A DNA stretch of 51,969 bases. Origin: Promethearchaeota archaeon. Its GTDB lineage: Archaea; Asgardarchaeota; Lokiarchaeia; Sigyniarchaeales; SOKP01. A program made the position numbers and the translations under genes. The notes under the pieces are model-generated. The model did no database searches and was not told where the DNA came from. It saw nothing but the letters and a program-made list of their open reading frames with translations. Positions 10,165 through 20,653 of the stretch are shown here, in pieces (the first letter of the stretch is position 1; every line of letters begins with the position of its first letter). The stretch lies in assembly GCA_048938025.1 (NCBI GenBank), contig JBHLMP010000015.1, positions 1 to 51,969 of the forward strand, given 5' to 3'.

Positions 10165-12126
10165 TTAATTCGATTCTGGTAATAATATGATAACTTTACT
10201 TCCTTTAGAATAATCTCCTTTTACTTTATCCTCAATCCAAATTTTTCCATTATAATAATTAATAATTTTACTAACTAAAGAAAGTCCAAGCCCCATACCC
10301 TTATCACTTCTTAATTCTCCATTTCTTCTCTCAAAGATAAGTCTCTTTCTCTCATCTTGAATTCCAATTCCGTTATCAATAAATTCAAATCTAAAATATG
10401 TATTATTTTCATATGTCCCTCTAAAAATGCTAATTAATATTTCAATAGAAGGATTTTCATTATATTTTATAGCATTGATTAATATATTTTCAAAGACATC
10501 TTGAAGTAGTTCATTAGCTATAACATATATCTCATTATCAGGACAATCTATCTCCACATTTAAATCTCTATCATTATAGGCTTTTTTAACATATTCAATT
10601 GATTTTAATAAGATATCACAAGCTTTAGTAGGTTGAATCAAAAGTTCACTTTCTTCAAGTTCAGAAAGAATTCTAACGTTATTAACCAATTTTGTACCTC
10701 TACTAACTTGCTTCTTGATTATGTTCGCGATGCTTTCTATATCCTCCATCTGATTAGAATCCTTAAGCTGGAGCGATATAAGTTCTGCTGAAGAATTCAT
10801 AATTTGTAGAATATTATTAATATCATGAGCAAAAAGATCTTTATAGAAACTTGCGCGATTGAAAGCTTCACGATATTTACTTTCACTTTCTTTTAAGTTT
10901 TGTTCAGCAATAACCATATCATTTATATCAGTTACAGTACCTCTTAATCCAACAACTTTATCATTTTTTATTATTGGTCTGGAATTCAGTCTGGCATAAA
11001 ATTTTGTCCCATCTTTCCTGACCATTAAATATTCATTAGGTTCAGTTATGTTTCTATTAAAAATGGATTTTATTGTTAAGAAAGCTTTCTCTGCATATTC
11101 TGGAGATACTAAATCCTTGATATTAACACCTTTTTTAAGATCTTCAGGAGTATATCCGAACTTTTTAAATCCTATTTTGTTAACATAAGTAATGTTTAAC
11201 TTCAAATCAGCTTCATAAATTATATCAGGTAATAACTCAGTCATGACCCGATATTTTTCTTCAGATTCTTTTAATTTCTGTTCAAGGTTGTATTTTTCTG
11301 TAATATCCATAAAAGTGCCATCAATTCTTATAGGATTCCCTGTTTTGTCTCGAATTAAATGGGAATTTAATTGGACAATTATTTCTTTATCGTCTTTGGT
11401 TAAGGAATGGCATATATAATCCTTGACACTACCTTCTTTCAATAATTGGTTTATATATTCTTCTCGCTGTTCTGGATATTGCCAAAACATCCTAACATCT
11501 TTACTTTTTAGATTTTCTGTTGGATCATATCCTAAAATTATTTTATGTGCTTGATTGAGATTTATCATATGTCCGTCCAAAGTGACTTGATAGAACCCAA
11601 CATCTAAATTATCTAATAAGTTGCGATAATTTTCTTTAGATTCTTCCAACTCTTTAGTTCTTTCCTTGACTTTTTGTTCAAGTTCTTTATTTAATTGTTT
11701 ACATTTCATTTCTGAGGCTACTAATTTTTGCTTCGCATATTTTTTTTCAGTAATATCTTCTAGATATATTAAAACTAACTCAGGAGGAATAAAACTATAT
11801 CTTATACTTAAAGATCTTACCTCTTGAGTTGATTTAACGGTGTAGTCTACCTCTTTAGACATATTTTTCTGTCTCATAAAACATTTATTTAAATCTTGTA
11901 TTATTTTAGGATGATCTTTATAAAATTCTGAAGCTTTTACACCAATTTTTTTTTTAGATTTTTCTTTTAGGTCTCTATTAGTAGCGTCATTATAATCTAC
12001 TAAAATAAAATCGTTATCATAGCGTTGCCAAACATACATAGGGATTGGGATTCCTTCAAATAGTTTTCTAATATATTCTTCAGATTTTATTAAAATCTTT
12101 TCTATAGATGTCACAAATTTCACCAA
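10165..12126 (-). CDS. Cytoplasmic multi-PAS sensor histidine kinase
   Basis: PAS/PAC repeats (ESEEKYR, DITE); H-box HDINN; N-box NAIKY; DNGIG, GMGLGL. Confidence 0.9.
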   Translation of the reverse strand: MVKFVTSIEKILIKSEEYIRKLFEGIPIPMYVWQRYDNDFILVDYNDATNRDLKEKSKKKIGVKASEFYKDHPKIIQDLNKCFMRQKNMSKEVDYTVKSTQEVRSLSIRYSFIPPELVLIYLEDITEKKYAKQKLVASEMKCKQLNKELEQKVKERTKELEESKENYRNLLDNLDVGFYQVTLDGHMINLNQAHKIILGYDPTENLKSKDVRMFWQYPEQREEYINQLLKEGSVKDYICHSLTKDDKEIIVQLNSHLIRDKTGNPIRIDGTFMDITEKYNLEQKLKESEEKYRVMTELLPDIIYEADLKLNITYVNKIGFKKFGYTPEDLKKGVNIKDLVSPEYAEKAFLTIKSIFNRNITEPNEYLMVRKDGTKFYARLNSRPIIKNDKVVGLRGTVTDINDMVIAEQNLKESESKYREAFNRASFYKDLFAHDINNILQIMNSSAELISLQLKDSNQMEDIESIANIIKKQVSRGTKLVNNVRILSELEESELLIQPTKACDILLKSIEYVKKAYNDRDLNVEIDCPDNEIYVIANELLQDVFENILINAIKYNENPSIEILISIFRGTYENNTYFRFEFIDNGIGIQDERKRLIFERRNGELRSDKGMGLGLSLVSKIINYYNGKIWIEDKVKGDYSKGSKVIILLPESN

Positions 12127-12378
12127 AATTTTTAAATATTAATCCATTTGCTTTTATTCAAAAAACTCTTTTGAAATTTTAAAGGTACAATCTTTCTCTT
12201 TATTTGGATATTATTTAGAATCCTTCTTTAATATATACTTTTAAAATTCTTACTTAAAAGTAGTATTAATAATTTTAAAAATAGCTCAAAAATTAGATAT
12301 GTACGTTCTTTAGTCAAACACAAGTAATTATCTTAAAAATAAAAAAAAGAAATATTAATTATTAATAAAAAACACTCT

Positions 12379-12627
12379 CTAACCTCCACCTATAGGTGGG
12401 AAAATTGCAATTATATCTCCGTTTTGAAGAATAGTCTTCAGATCACGATGGGGTCTTCCATTAACTAAGATAATAGTTCGTCTCTCTTCTTTAGGGATTT
12501 TATATTTATCAAATATTGATTTAACTGTACTATCTTCTACTAATTTTATCAATTCTTCAGCGGGTCCAAATTTTCTTAGAGTCGCAAAGAATTTTACTGT
12601 TACTGAGATCCCATTATTCTTACTCAT
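12379..12627 (-). CDS. MoaD/ThiS (SAMP-like) sulfur carrier
   Basis: VKFFATLR..ILVNG..GDIIAIFPPIGGG C-terminal diglycine; likely ATG at 12627. Confidence 0.88.
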   Translation of the reverse strand: MSKNNGISVTVKFFATLRKFGPAEELIKLVEDSTVKSIFDKYKIPKEERRTIILVNGRPHRDLKTILQNGDIIAIFPPIGGG

Positions 12628-12907
12628 CTTCCTCACGATTAAAATACCATTTATATAATAATCCCATGTTTCGGGGGAATAGTGCGATTAGATCTCCATT
12701 TTCTACTTTTTTATGAAATCCTGAATATCTATGATTGACAAAGATATGACTTACTTCATTTTCAGTCATGTTCAACTTTTTCAAGATATCGGAAATATAT
12801 GTAATCTCTGTATTATCCACGTCTAAAATAACTGGAGATCCTACAGACGTTATTTTTTTATCTGTTCTTCTCCTTAAATCTCCGAATAATTTCACTTGAA
12901 TTGTCAT
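12620..12907 (-). CDS. MoaD/ThiS-like protein lacking C-terminal GG
   Basis: VKLFGDLR..HIFVN..GDLIALFP followed by RNMGLLYKWYFNREEDE; likely ATG at 12907. Confidence 0.75.
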   Translation of the reverse strand: MTIQVKLFGDLRRRTDKKITSVGSPVILDVDNTEITYISDILKKLNMTENEVSHIFVNHRYSGFHKKVENGDLIALFPRNMGLLYKWYFNREEDE

Positions 12908-12923
12908 CTTTCTACCTTGAATC

Positions 12924-14663
12924 TTAAAATACACTGTCTAAATCTTCATCTGTTACATTAAACAATTCATCAGTCGGAGGTAGTTTTTCCTCTAGGAAGA
13001 ATTCAGGTAATCTATCATGTAGTGGCGTAAACCCTGCTTTTCTATTGAATTCAAGTTCTGTGTCAATAATTGACTTTCCAATTGGTCCAACATCATCAAC
13101 CGTTAAATTTGCTCCCAAGATTCCATTTAAAGATTCTACTACACCTTCTAACCCTTCAGGAATATCAAGGATCGCAAATGCAATGAAAAGACAGTATCCT
13201 GTTGCATCAACAGCCGCGGTGGCAATTTGTAAATTGCGAGAAACCTCTGCCTTATGTGGATCCCTTGGATCTGCCTGACCGCCCACTCCCAATATTTCAG
13301 GAGCTATGCAATAACCTGCCGTGTGATCCGCTCCCATTGGAGTTGTGGCATATGTAACACCAATTCCCTTTATTGCTCTTGGATCATAAGCAGGTAATGA
13401 TTGTCCTTTAACTGTTGGGATTCTAGTGACTCCAAATACTTTGCCAGTGATTTCTGTTCCATTAGCTAATATTTTTCCAGTAGGGGTTTTTTTACGAATT
13501 TCCTCCATTAGTTTAAGAGCACCTTTTCCATCTCCGAAATTTATTAAGCCACCTTCCATTGCCACGGCAATAGTATCTCCTGTTTCAATAGTATCCATCC
13601 CTAAATCATTGCATGCACGATTTAATTCACCAATTTCATCTAAGTTATAAATTCCACTATTAGGACCAAGCGCCCAGACACTCTCATACTCTAATACTCC
13701 AACGGGATCTTTTCCTCCTGGCTTTACCCAAACCTCAGAACATTGTATTATACAACCAGGATTACAAAAGTGAGGTCGTTGACCACCTCTCTTCTTAATT
13801 TCTGCAGCCTTTGCTTCACCAGAAACTTTCTCAGATCGAGAATCTTGACCACTTGAGAAATTTCTTTGAGGTAATCCTCCTGCTTCATTTATAATGTTAA
13901 CTAATACAGCAGTACCATATGAATTGAGCGCACCCCCAGGTTTAGTAACATCATGTGTTGTAAGTGCATCTCTAAGCTTTTTAATTCCTTGCTTAAAGAC
14001 CTCTTGATTTGCAATTTCCACTCCTGGAGCACCAGTATCATCTACAATAATAAATTTCAGACCTTTAGATGCCATAACTGCACCTAAACCACCTCTTCCT
14101 GCATATCTACTGGGTAATCCTTCAGGGTCACCAAAACATACTCCTGAATTACCTCCAAGAAGTTCAGCTGCTATTCCAACACCACAAATACCCACTTTAT
14201 CTCCAAATTCCTTATATAGATCTTTATAAACCCCATATAACCCTTTCCCAGCCCATTTATTTGCATTTATAAATTCTCCACCATCCATAGTCACTTTTAG
14301 AAGATAATAATCATCTCCTTCATGTTTACCTTCAACTATTATTGCACCTATACGCATTCTTGCCACCATCTGGGAGAAAGGAGTTCCAGAATTAGCTTCC
14401 TTAATACCACCAGTTAATGGTGATTTTCCACCGACGGAAATTCTACCAGATGATGGGGCAGCAGTACCTGTAACTATCCCGGGAGCAAGCACTAATTTAT
14501 TATGAATTCCTAATGGATTACAAGTTGGTGGGACTTCTTTAGCAACTATTGTTGAAGTCATACCACGACCACCTAAAGCAGCATAATCTGCGGGTAAATC
14601 TTCAAATTTAGCTTCTAGATTATTCATATTAACTCTTAAAATTCTTTTTGGCAAATTTTTCAC
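12924..14663 (-). CDS. aor: Tungsten-dependent aldehyde:ferredoxin oxidoreductase
   Basis: KSPLTGGIKEANSG, AGRGGLGAVMASKGLK, CNPGCIIQC, EYES, LGMDTIE, YDPR, GADH. Confidence 0.92.
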   Translation of the reverse strand: MKNLPKRILRVNMNNLEAKFEDLPADYAALGGRGMTSTIVAKEVPPTCNPLGIHNKLVLAPGIVTGTAAPSSGRISVGGKSPLTGGIKEANSGTPFSQMVARMRIGAIIVEGKHEGDDYYLLKVTMDGGEFINANKWAGKGLYGVYKDLYKEFGDKVGICGVGIAAELLGGNSGVCFGDPEGLPSRYAGRGGLGAVMASKGLKFIIVDDTGAPGVEIANQEVFKQGIKKLRDALTTHDVTKPGGALNSYGTAVLVNIINEAGGLPQRNFSSGQDSRSEKVSGEAKAAEIKKRGGQRPHFCNPGCIIQCSEVWVKPGGKDPVGVLEYESVWALGPNSGIYNLDEIGELNRACNDLGMDTIETGDTIAVAMEGGLINFGDGKGALKLMEEIRKKTPTGKILANGTEITGKVFGVTRIPTVKGQSLPAYDPRAIKGIGVTYATTPMGADHTAGYCIAPEILGVGGQADPRDPHKAEVSRNLQIATAAVDATGYCLFIAFAILDIPEGLEGVVESLNGILGANLTVDDVGPIGKSIIDTELEFNRKAGFTPLHDRLPEFFLEEKLPPTDELFNVTDEDLDSVF

Positions 14664-14743
14664 CTCTATATTTTTTAGGCATTATATAATTGTGATAGTA
14701 TATTATTTATAGATTTTCAATTCCATTTATAAGTTCGATATGT

Positions 14744-15022
14744 ATGAGCGAACCTAAAGACTTTTATCATAAATTTCTATTTTTAAAAATTATCCAAAGT
14801 GGAGAGATTATTAAAATTGCATTAACAGACATGAATTTAAAGAAGAACCTTAGAGAATTTTATTTTCCAATACTAAAAAGGTTAAAATTAAAGGAAAAAA
14901 ATGTATTTATAAGCAATGAAGAGGGTAAGATGTTAGGGAATCCTGATTTAGAATTACCTCTAAAGGTAATTTCGAAAAAATTTGGCTATAGATTAAGATT
15001 ATATTCAGAAAGGGTATTCTAA
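14744..15022 (+). CDS. Small hypothetical protein divergent from aor (possible beta-grasp fold)
   Basis: 92-aa ATG ORF filling the gap; beta-beta-alpha-beta pattern judged by eye only. Confidence 0.55.
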   Translation: MSEPKDFYHKFLFLKIIQSGEIIKIALTDMNLKKNLREFYFPILKRLKLKEKNVFISNEEGKMLGNPDLELPLKVISKKFGYRLRLYSERVF

Positions 15023-15031
15023 AGGAAGGAT

Positions 15032-16972
15032 TTATTTAAAAATAGGAATTAAAAGATGACTTACATATTCTTGATTATGAAAGATTTTTTGCTCAGCTAT
15101 TATATACTCACCAGGTTTACCTACTCCTCCAAGATTTGAATTTATATCAAATCTAGGAAAATTACTGGAAGTTATTTCAATCCTGATTTGATGTCTTTTT
15201 CTAAAATAGTTAGAAGTGTTTCCTAATTCTATTTCATATTTGTATACTTTTCCAGATTCGATAAGTAGCGGATTCTCTTCTCCATTTCTATAACGAGTCC
15301 GAATTCCAGCATCTAAGATGTTATAAGCCTTTCCATTGGGAAAAACATCAACTAATTTTACGGTATAATCAGTATCCTTCGCTGAAGATGATGCGTAAAG
15401 AATCATTTTCACAGGACCCGTAATTTCTATTCCATTTTCTAATGGTTCTGTAGAATATACCAGCACATCTTCTCGATTTTCTGCATCTTTTTGATCCCGA
15501 GCGCCCTTCAAAATTCCTAGATTTCTTCCACCTCTAGTAATAACCGGATTCATGGGATCAAATACATAGATATCTTCAGGTTCCTCAGATTGTTCATCAA
15601 AATTAAGACTTCCATCACCCCTAACGCTATTAGCATTACCACCAGAATGAATATAAAGTTTTTGATATTTTAGATTTTTTGGAGGCCATTCTTCCGTATA
15701 TCTCCAACAGTTTTTTCCCATAACCCAATATTTAATTGATGGTTTATTAATCTCGGGAAAAGCTTTCTCATCATCCATTAGCCAATAACGATTCCAATCA
15801 ATGTTTAGAAATTCTTTAAAGAATCGTGGCATCCCGGAATTGCGAAGTTTGCTCTTAGGATGTCCACTAGCTGCATGTGCCCATGAACCAATAATCATTT
15901 TTGAATTTCTTTTTGCTTTCCCTACAGCATTAGCTTTAATCTCTAGAAAATCTTCCAATTGCTTTTCAAAGAACATGTCTTGCCAGCCAGCTAGCATTAA
16001 TGCAGGTTGTGAGAATTTTTTTGCATCCATTTCTAAGAATCCGGACATTTTTTCAGAATCTTTGTCCAAACCACGAGTTATTAAGAAATCATTTAGGAAT
16101 TTAAAGTATATCTTAAAGTTTCGTTTGGTAGAATCGAAATTTTTAACATTATAGTAGGCAACCAAGAGATCTTGGACTTCCTTAACGGATTTACCTTTTA
16201 ATTGGGAAAGTTTAATACGAGTTTGCTTTTTAATGGGATCATTGAATAACCCAAATCTGGGGTTTAAATATCTTTCCTGCATCAAATTAGTCAAAGTATC
16301 CACATCAGGGATTTCACGATGAGCTACTACATTAACCATTATTCTATATATTGAAGTGGTTAGCGAATGAATCTCAAGACCTCCATTATTTTTCCATAAA
16401 TTCAAAGTTGAGGTGATGGCAGGGGAAATACACGTTAAATATTTATTATCCCAAGATAATGCAAGTTGTGTTATTCCAAAATAACTTGCTCCAGCCATTC
16501 CAATCTTTCCATTATACCAATATTGTTTAGTAATCCATTCAAGCGTTTCTAATCCATCTTCTCTTTCTGTAAATAAATAGTAATTGAATCCATCAGAATG
16601 ACCTGTTCCACGTATATCCTGTATAATCGCTACAAAACCATAAGCCGCATATGCGTATCCTAACATGCTTAGACTATCTTTCCAATAAGGTAGTCGCACT
16701 AAAATTGTAGCACATCTCCCTTTTTTTCTAAAAATATTCTTTGGGACATAAACATCAGTAGCTAATCTAGTTCCATCCTTTAATTTTACAAAACATTCAG
16801 GGTATCTCTTAACACCATTTTTGGGAAAACCAATACCCAGAAGCTTTCCTGCAATCTTAACAAAAGGGATAGACCTCATGAAGATCGAAATGAATCTTTG
16901 TAGGAATTTTGGAAATCTTGGTCTTACTACTACTTTTAAGTATGAGAAATTAGTAACATATTTTTGTTTCAT
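15032..16972 (-). CDS. CocE/NonD family serine hydrolase
   Basis: RLATDVY, RLPY, QDIRGTGHSDG, GASYFG nucleophile, WAH, SSNFPRFD; start moved to ATG 16972 because the longer ORF overlaps the tRNA. Confidence 0.88.
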   Translation of the reverse strand: MKQKYVTNFSYLKVVVRPRFPKFLQRFISIFMRSIPFVKIAGKLLGIGFPKNGVKRYPECFVKLKDGTRLATDVYVPKNIFRKKGRCATILVRLPYWKDSLSMLGYAYAAYGFVAIIQDIRGTGHSDGFNYYLFTEREDGLETLEWITKQYWYNGKIGMAGASYFGITQLALSWDNKYLTCISPAITSTLNLWKNNGGLEIHSLTTSIYRIMVNVVAHREIPDVDTLTNLMQERYLNPRFGLFNDPIKKQTRIKLSQLKGKSVKEVQDLLVAYYNVKNFDSTKRNFKIYFKFLNDFLITRGLDKDSEKMSGFLEMDAKKFSQPALMLAGWQDMFFEKQLEDFLEIKANAVGKAKRNSKMIIGSWAHAASGHPKSKLRNSGMPRFFKEFLNIDWNRYWLMDDEKAFPEINKPSIKYWVMGKNCWRYTEEWPPKNLKYQKLYIHSGGNANSVRGDGSLNFDEQSEEPEDIYVFDPMNPVITRGGRNLGILKGARDQKDAENREDVLVYSTEPLENGIEITGPVKMILYASSSAKDTDYTVKLVDVFPNGKAYNILDAGIRTRYRNGEENPLLIESGKVYKYEIELGNTSNYFRKRHQIRIEITSSNFPRFDINSNLGGVGKPGEYIIAEQKIFHNQEYVSHLLIPIFK

Positions 16973-17019
16973 TAGTTTGAAAAAAATATAATACCTTAAA
17001 AAGTTTAAAATTTGGAAAA

Positions 17020-17127
17020 TGGCAGGCCCGGGGGGATTTGTTCGGAATTCGTCCAAGGCGAATCTCATTGAACCCCCGATCTTCAGCTTAGGAGGCTGCC
17101 GCCTTATCCAGTCTGGGCCACGGGCCT
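17020..17127 (-). tRNA. tRNA-Arg(CCU) with encoded CCA and a 30-nt intron at position 58/59 (17038-17067)
   Basis: AGGCCCG/CGGGCCT acceptor stem, anticodon loop CT-CCT-AA, T-stem GGGGG/CCCCC, BHB motif (GTTC/GAAC helix with AAT and AAA bulges). Confidence 0.9.
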
Positions 17128-17209
17128 AAAAAAAGCTGTATTCTATTATCTAATAAAAGTATTATTGAATAAAAACTTAAACGATTAATATTTTAAATCT
17201 AGAATGAAA

Positions 17210-17362
17210 TTATAAATTTAGAATACTTCGATAATAAGCAGTACCACAAGAGGGACAAAAACATTTTCCTTCGATTATGATTGCTTTTTCAATTGGTACT
17301 TCTGCTTGACAATTCATCACGCAACATGTTACTACTTTTTTCTTCTTATTATCTTCATTCAA
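17210..17362 (-). CDS. 50-aa Cys-rich zinc-finger microprotein
   Basis: Manual translation (TTG start) MNEDNKKKKVVTCCVMNCQAEVPIEKAIIIEGKCFCPSCGTAYYRSILNL*. Confidence 0.65.
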   Translation of the reverse strand: MNEDNKKKKVVTCCVMNCQAEVPIEKAIIIEGKCFCPSCGTAYYRSILNL

Positions 17363-17497
17363 TATTATCAGATATTTTTTAGTGCATTTTAATGTATAAG
17401 AATATAAAAATAATCAAAAGGTTTTAATTAGTTTTAATTTAATTGCAATTATAATTAGTTTTTTTATTAATAATTGTTTTTCTAGTGTTTTTTAAAA

Positions 17498-17764
17498 ATG
17501 GAGAGAAAGTCAAACAGACCTATAGATTATTTAAAATCTTCCATAGATAAAATAATTCTTATAAAAGTAAAGCGAAACCGTCTGTTTCGTGGAATTTTAC
17601 GCGGCTTTGACGAACATCTTAATCTATTCCTTGAAGGGACCAGCCAAATTTTTGAATATCAGGATGAGGATGGTAACATTAGGGAGGAGCATGAAAACTT
17701 AGGATCCATCGTTGTACGCGGGGATAATGTCATATTCGTCAATCTGGCTAATTTGGATTTATAA
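17498..17764 (+). CDS. Sm/Lsm family RNA-binding protein (SmAP)
   Basis: Sm1 G.LRGFDEHLNL.L and Sm2 LGSIVVRGDNV. Confidence 0.92.
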   Translation: MERKSNRPIDYLKSSIDKIILIKVKRNRLFRGILRGFDEHLNLFLEGTSQIFEYQDEDGNIREEHENLGSIVVRGDNVIFVNLANLDL

Positions 17765-17939
17765 TACAATAATTTTAGAGTATTATTTATAAGGCTGATA
17801 TAACTTTCATTCCTTATTATATCTACCTCATAAATCTAAGAAAAATATACTTTTAAATAACGATTATTTAGTTATTTATAGATAAATAGACCATATTTTA
17901 TGTAAATTTAAAAAATTACGAAGAAAGAGTTTAGAAGAA

Positions 17940-19958
17940 TTGAATCAAAATAATTCTAATCGCTCGATAATAGTTAATCCAAATCTAGGGCATCCAACTT
18001 TTTTAAGCGTTGATCCTAAATTAAAAGCGAAAAATTTTCGAACTGAATTATTATTTATAAGTAACATAGTAGATAAAAAGGAATTCGAGAAATTTATTAC
18101 AGGAAATATACAAATAATCCCTATATTTGATTATGGATGGAAATTAAGAAAGATTTTTAAGAAGAAAAAGAAAAAGAAAAGATTAAAGCTTTTTGCAAAG
18201 AAATACACGTTAGATGAAAGTCCTCAAGATTTTAAATCCAATGATGTCGATTATAAATTACAGAAATTAAAGATTAAATCCTATAGAGGAAATTCAATTC
18301 ACCCAACGATGATTGATGTTGACATAAAAACTACTATACCAATTAATAATAAGTCTTATTTAGAAAGTCTTAGTCCTCAGGATTATTTATTAAAGTATCA
18401 AGTTTTTTCAAACTTTGATAAATTCTACAGAGTGCTAGTAGAATTTAAAATGAGTAAGGAAATTAAGAACTTTCTGAAAGAAAGAAATTTCGTTATGTTT
18501 GATTTGGTTTTGTTAAAAAATCAAATAAATTATCATGCTATTGTCGTATCTAAACAAGATTGGAAAAATTTCACTTTTGTTCATGCAACAGACTTGCATT
18601 TAGCAGAAAGAAACGATAGAATTTATAGAATTATTAAAAAATGGACTGAATCATCTATTAAAACAAATGTAGACGATTTTTTAAAGCAAGCTATGAAAAA
18701 GCTAAAGATTAAAAAAATAAAGCAAAAAGAAGAATCCTTATCAGAAATTACAATCCCCCTGAGAAAACGCTTAATTAACCCAAATAATCAATTTAGGAAA
18801 TTCATTAAATTGATGAATAGAAAGGTTATTAAAAATGAAATAGACTTTATTGTGCTAACTGGAGATCTTGTTGATTATACAATTTTAAGCAGATTGTCGA
18901 AAAAAATTAAAAATCTTAGTGAATTTAAATATGAAGAAACTAATTGGCAGATCTTCAAAAATATAATATTAAATGTGCAACCTAAAAAAAATCAAAAAGG
19001 AGTAAAAAAAGGTGAAGAATTACTTTGTCCTATCATTACTACTATAGGTAATCATGATTATCGACCCTATCCTTATGATTTAACATGGGCAGAAATGTAT
19101 AAGAAAATTGGTTTAAATGCTGCAGAAGCTATTGCTTTAAATGAAATGTTTTCAGCATCCCCCATATCAGCATTAACAAAATCTCCTTTTGCGTTAAAGG
19201 GATATTCATCAGAAATTAATCCATTTAATGATTTTTATTTTATACTAGGAAAAAATATGTTTATTTTTTTAAACAGTGGAGCAGATTCATTTAAAAATAT
19301 AAGAGATTTAATAACGGGTCACCCATCGGTAACAGGTCTTTCTGGTAAGCAAATTAAATATTTGGAAAATTTAATTAATTACAAAATGAATGAAACAATC
19401 AATACTTTCCTCTTTTTACATGGTCCGCCAATAAATACAGGGACAAAACATTATAGTCTACAATTATTTGGAAAAAAAGGTAGTAAAATTCTTAAAAAGA
19501 AGCTTGAAGATTTTAAGGAGTCTTTCTTAATAAAATTAGGAAAACCGCTCTCAAAAGCAAGAATAGATACGTCATTTAATGTAAAATATGGATGTATATC
19601 CTCAAATTGGGAGAAACTCATTAAATTTTGTAAAGATTATTGTATATTAACTCTTTCAGGTCATACACATACCCTAAGAGAATTCCGATTAGAAGAACCC
19701 AAGGAAAAAACTCACGTATATGACGCACCCCCTTTTTTGTTAAGAAAAATTGAAAATCCAGCTGCAATTTTTTATGACATTTATTCAGAAATACATACAA
19801 CATCAGAAATGATTGAAATGAATAAACCCTATATCGTTCAAACTCCTGCTTTAGGATTAGGTGGATATAAGAATCCTGAAACCGCAGGAGCATATAGAGA
19901 GATTATAGTTAAAAATGGTAAATTAAACTCATTTAGAGTACTATTTATTAATCGCTAG
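17940..19958 (+). CDS. Calcineurin-like metallophosphoesterase with a long basic N-terminal region
   Basis: DLH, GDLVD, GNHD, FLH, GHTH motifs in order. Confidence 0.82.
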   Translation: MNQNNSNRSIIVNPNLGHPTFLSVDPKLKAKNFRTELLFISNIVDKKEFEKFITGNIQIIPIFDYGWKLRKIFKKKKKKKRLKLFAKKYTLDESPQDFKSNDVDYKLQKLKIKSYRGNSIHPTMIDVDIKTTIPINNKSYLESLSPQDYLLKYQVFSNFDKFYRVLVEFKMSKEIKNFLKERNFVMFDLVLLKNQINYHAIVVSKQDWKNFTFVHATDLHLAERNDRIYRIIKKWTESSIKTNVDDFLKQAMKKLKIKKIKQKEESLSEITIPLRKRLINPNNQFRKFIKLMNRKVIKNEIDFIVLTGDLVDYTILSRLSKKIKNLSEFKYEETNWQIFKNIILNVQPKKNQKGVKKGEELLCPIITTIGNHDYRPYPYDLTWAEMYKKIGLNAAEAIALNEMFSASPISALTKSPFALKGYSSEINPFNDFYFILGKNMFIFLNSGADSFKNIRDLITGHPSVTGLSGKQIKYLENLINYKMNETINTFLFLHGPPINTGTKHYSLQLFGKKGSKILKKKLEDFKESFLIKLGKPLSKARIDTSFNVKYGCISSNWEKLIKFCKDYCILTLSGHTHTLREFRLEEPKEKTHVYDAPPFLLRKIENPAAIFYDIYSEIHTTSEMIEMNKPYIVQTPALGLGGYKNPETAGAYREIIVKNGKLNSFRVLFINR

Positions 19959-20413
19959 ATTATTTCTGGTAGAATCGCAGTATTAGGACAATTCTTGAAA
20001 CAATTTAAACATTTAATACATTCTGAAAAGTTATATTTCCGGAAATAAATAAAATCTTTTCCATTTTTATCTTTTTGAAGTTCAAAAAGATTTTGAAAAC
20101 AAAAATCATTATTTAAGCAAAACTTACATAGCGTACATCTTTCTGAATCAATAGAGAATCCTTTTAGACGACCTTCTTCAATGGAAATAACTTCAATAGC
20201 TCCATGCTCGCAAACATCTACGCACTTTAAGCACCCCTTACATTTATTATAATCCACATAACGCATTGAATTCTTAAAAAATATAGCTTTTTGGGGGCAA
20301 CTATACATACAGCTTTGACATCGTACACATAAATTTGGATTTATACTGATTGGAAATAATTTTTCATTTATCATAACACTCATATAACTTCCAGAAATTT
20401 CTCGACTAATCAA
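19955..20413 (-). CDS. Polyferredoxin (4Fe-4S dicluster protein)
   Basis: Four CxxCxxC(xxxC)-type motifs. Confidence 0.85.
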   Translation of the reverse strand: MISREISGSYMSVMINEKLFPISINPNLCVRCQSCMYSCPQKAIFFKNSMRYVDYNKCKGCLKCVDVCEHGAIEVISIEEGRLKGFSIDSERCTLCKFCLNNDFCFQNLFELQKDKNGKDFIYFRKYNFSECIKCLNCFKNCPNTAILPEII

Positions 20414-20461
20414 ATGTCTTTTAATTTTAGAAGAATAAAAAAATTATTTTAAATAATTAAC

Positions 20462-20653
20462 TTAGTCCATCAATTTCTTGAAACAATCTTCACAAAAAAA
20501 AATCCTTCGTGTTTTAGAATTATCCCAAACCATATGACCCGAATTGTGCTTCGTTTCGCAACCCCAACACATTTTAGGTACTTTCGTATCAACAAAATAT
20601 TCATCTCTCTTATTAAAAGTATCATCTTTTATTATTTCCTTATAACTTTTCAA
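20462..20653 (-). CDS. Small zinc-finger protein
   Basis: CWGC..FFCEDC. Confidence 0.65.
   Translation of the reverse strand: MKSYKEIIKDDTFNKRDEYFVDTKVPKMCWGCETKHNSGHMVWDNSKTRRIFFCEDCFKKLMD

Noticed and set aside
16973-17068. N-terminal extension of the CocE ORF in the track
   Set aside because: Overlaps the tRNA and its intron; ATG 16972 is the plausible start
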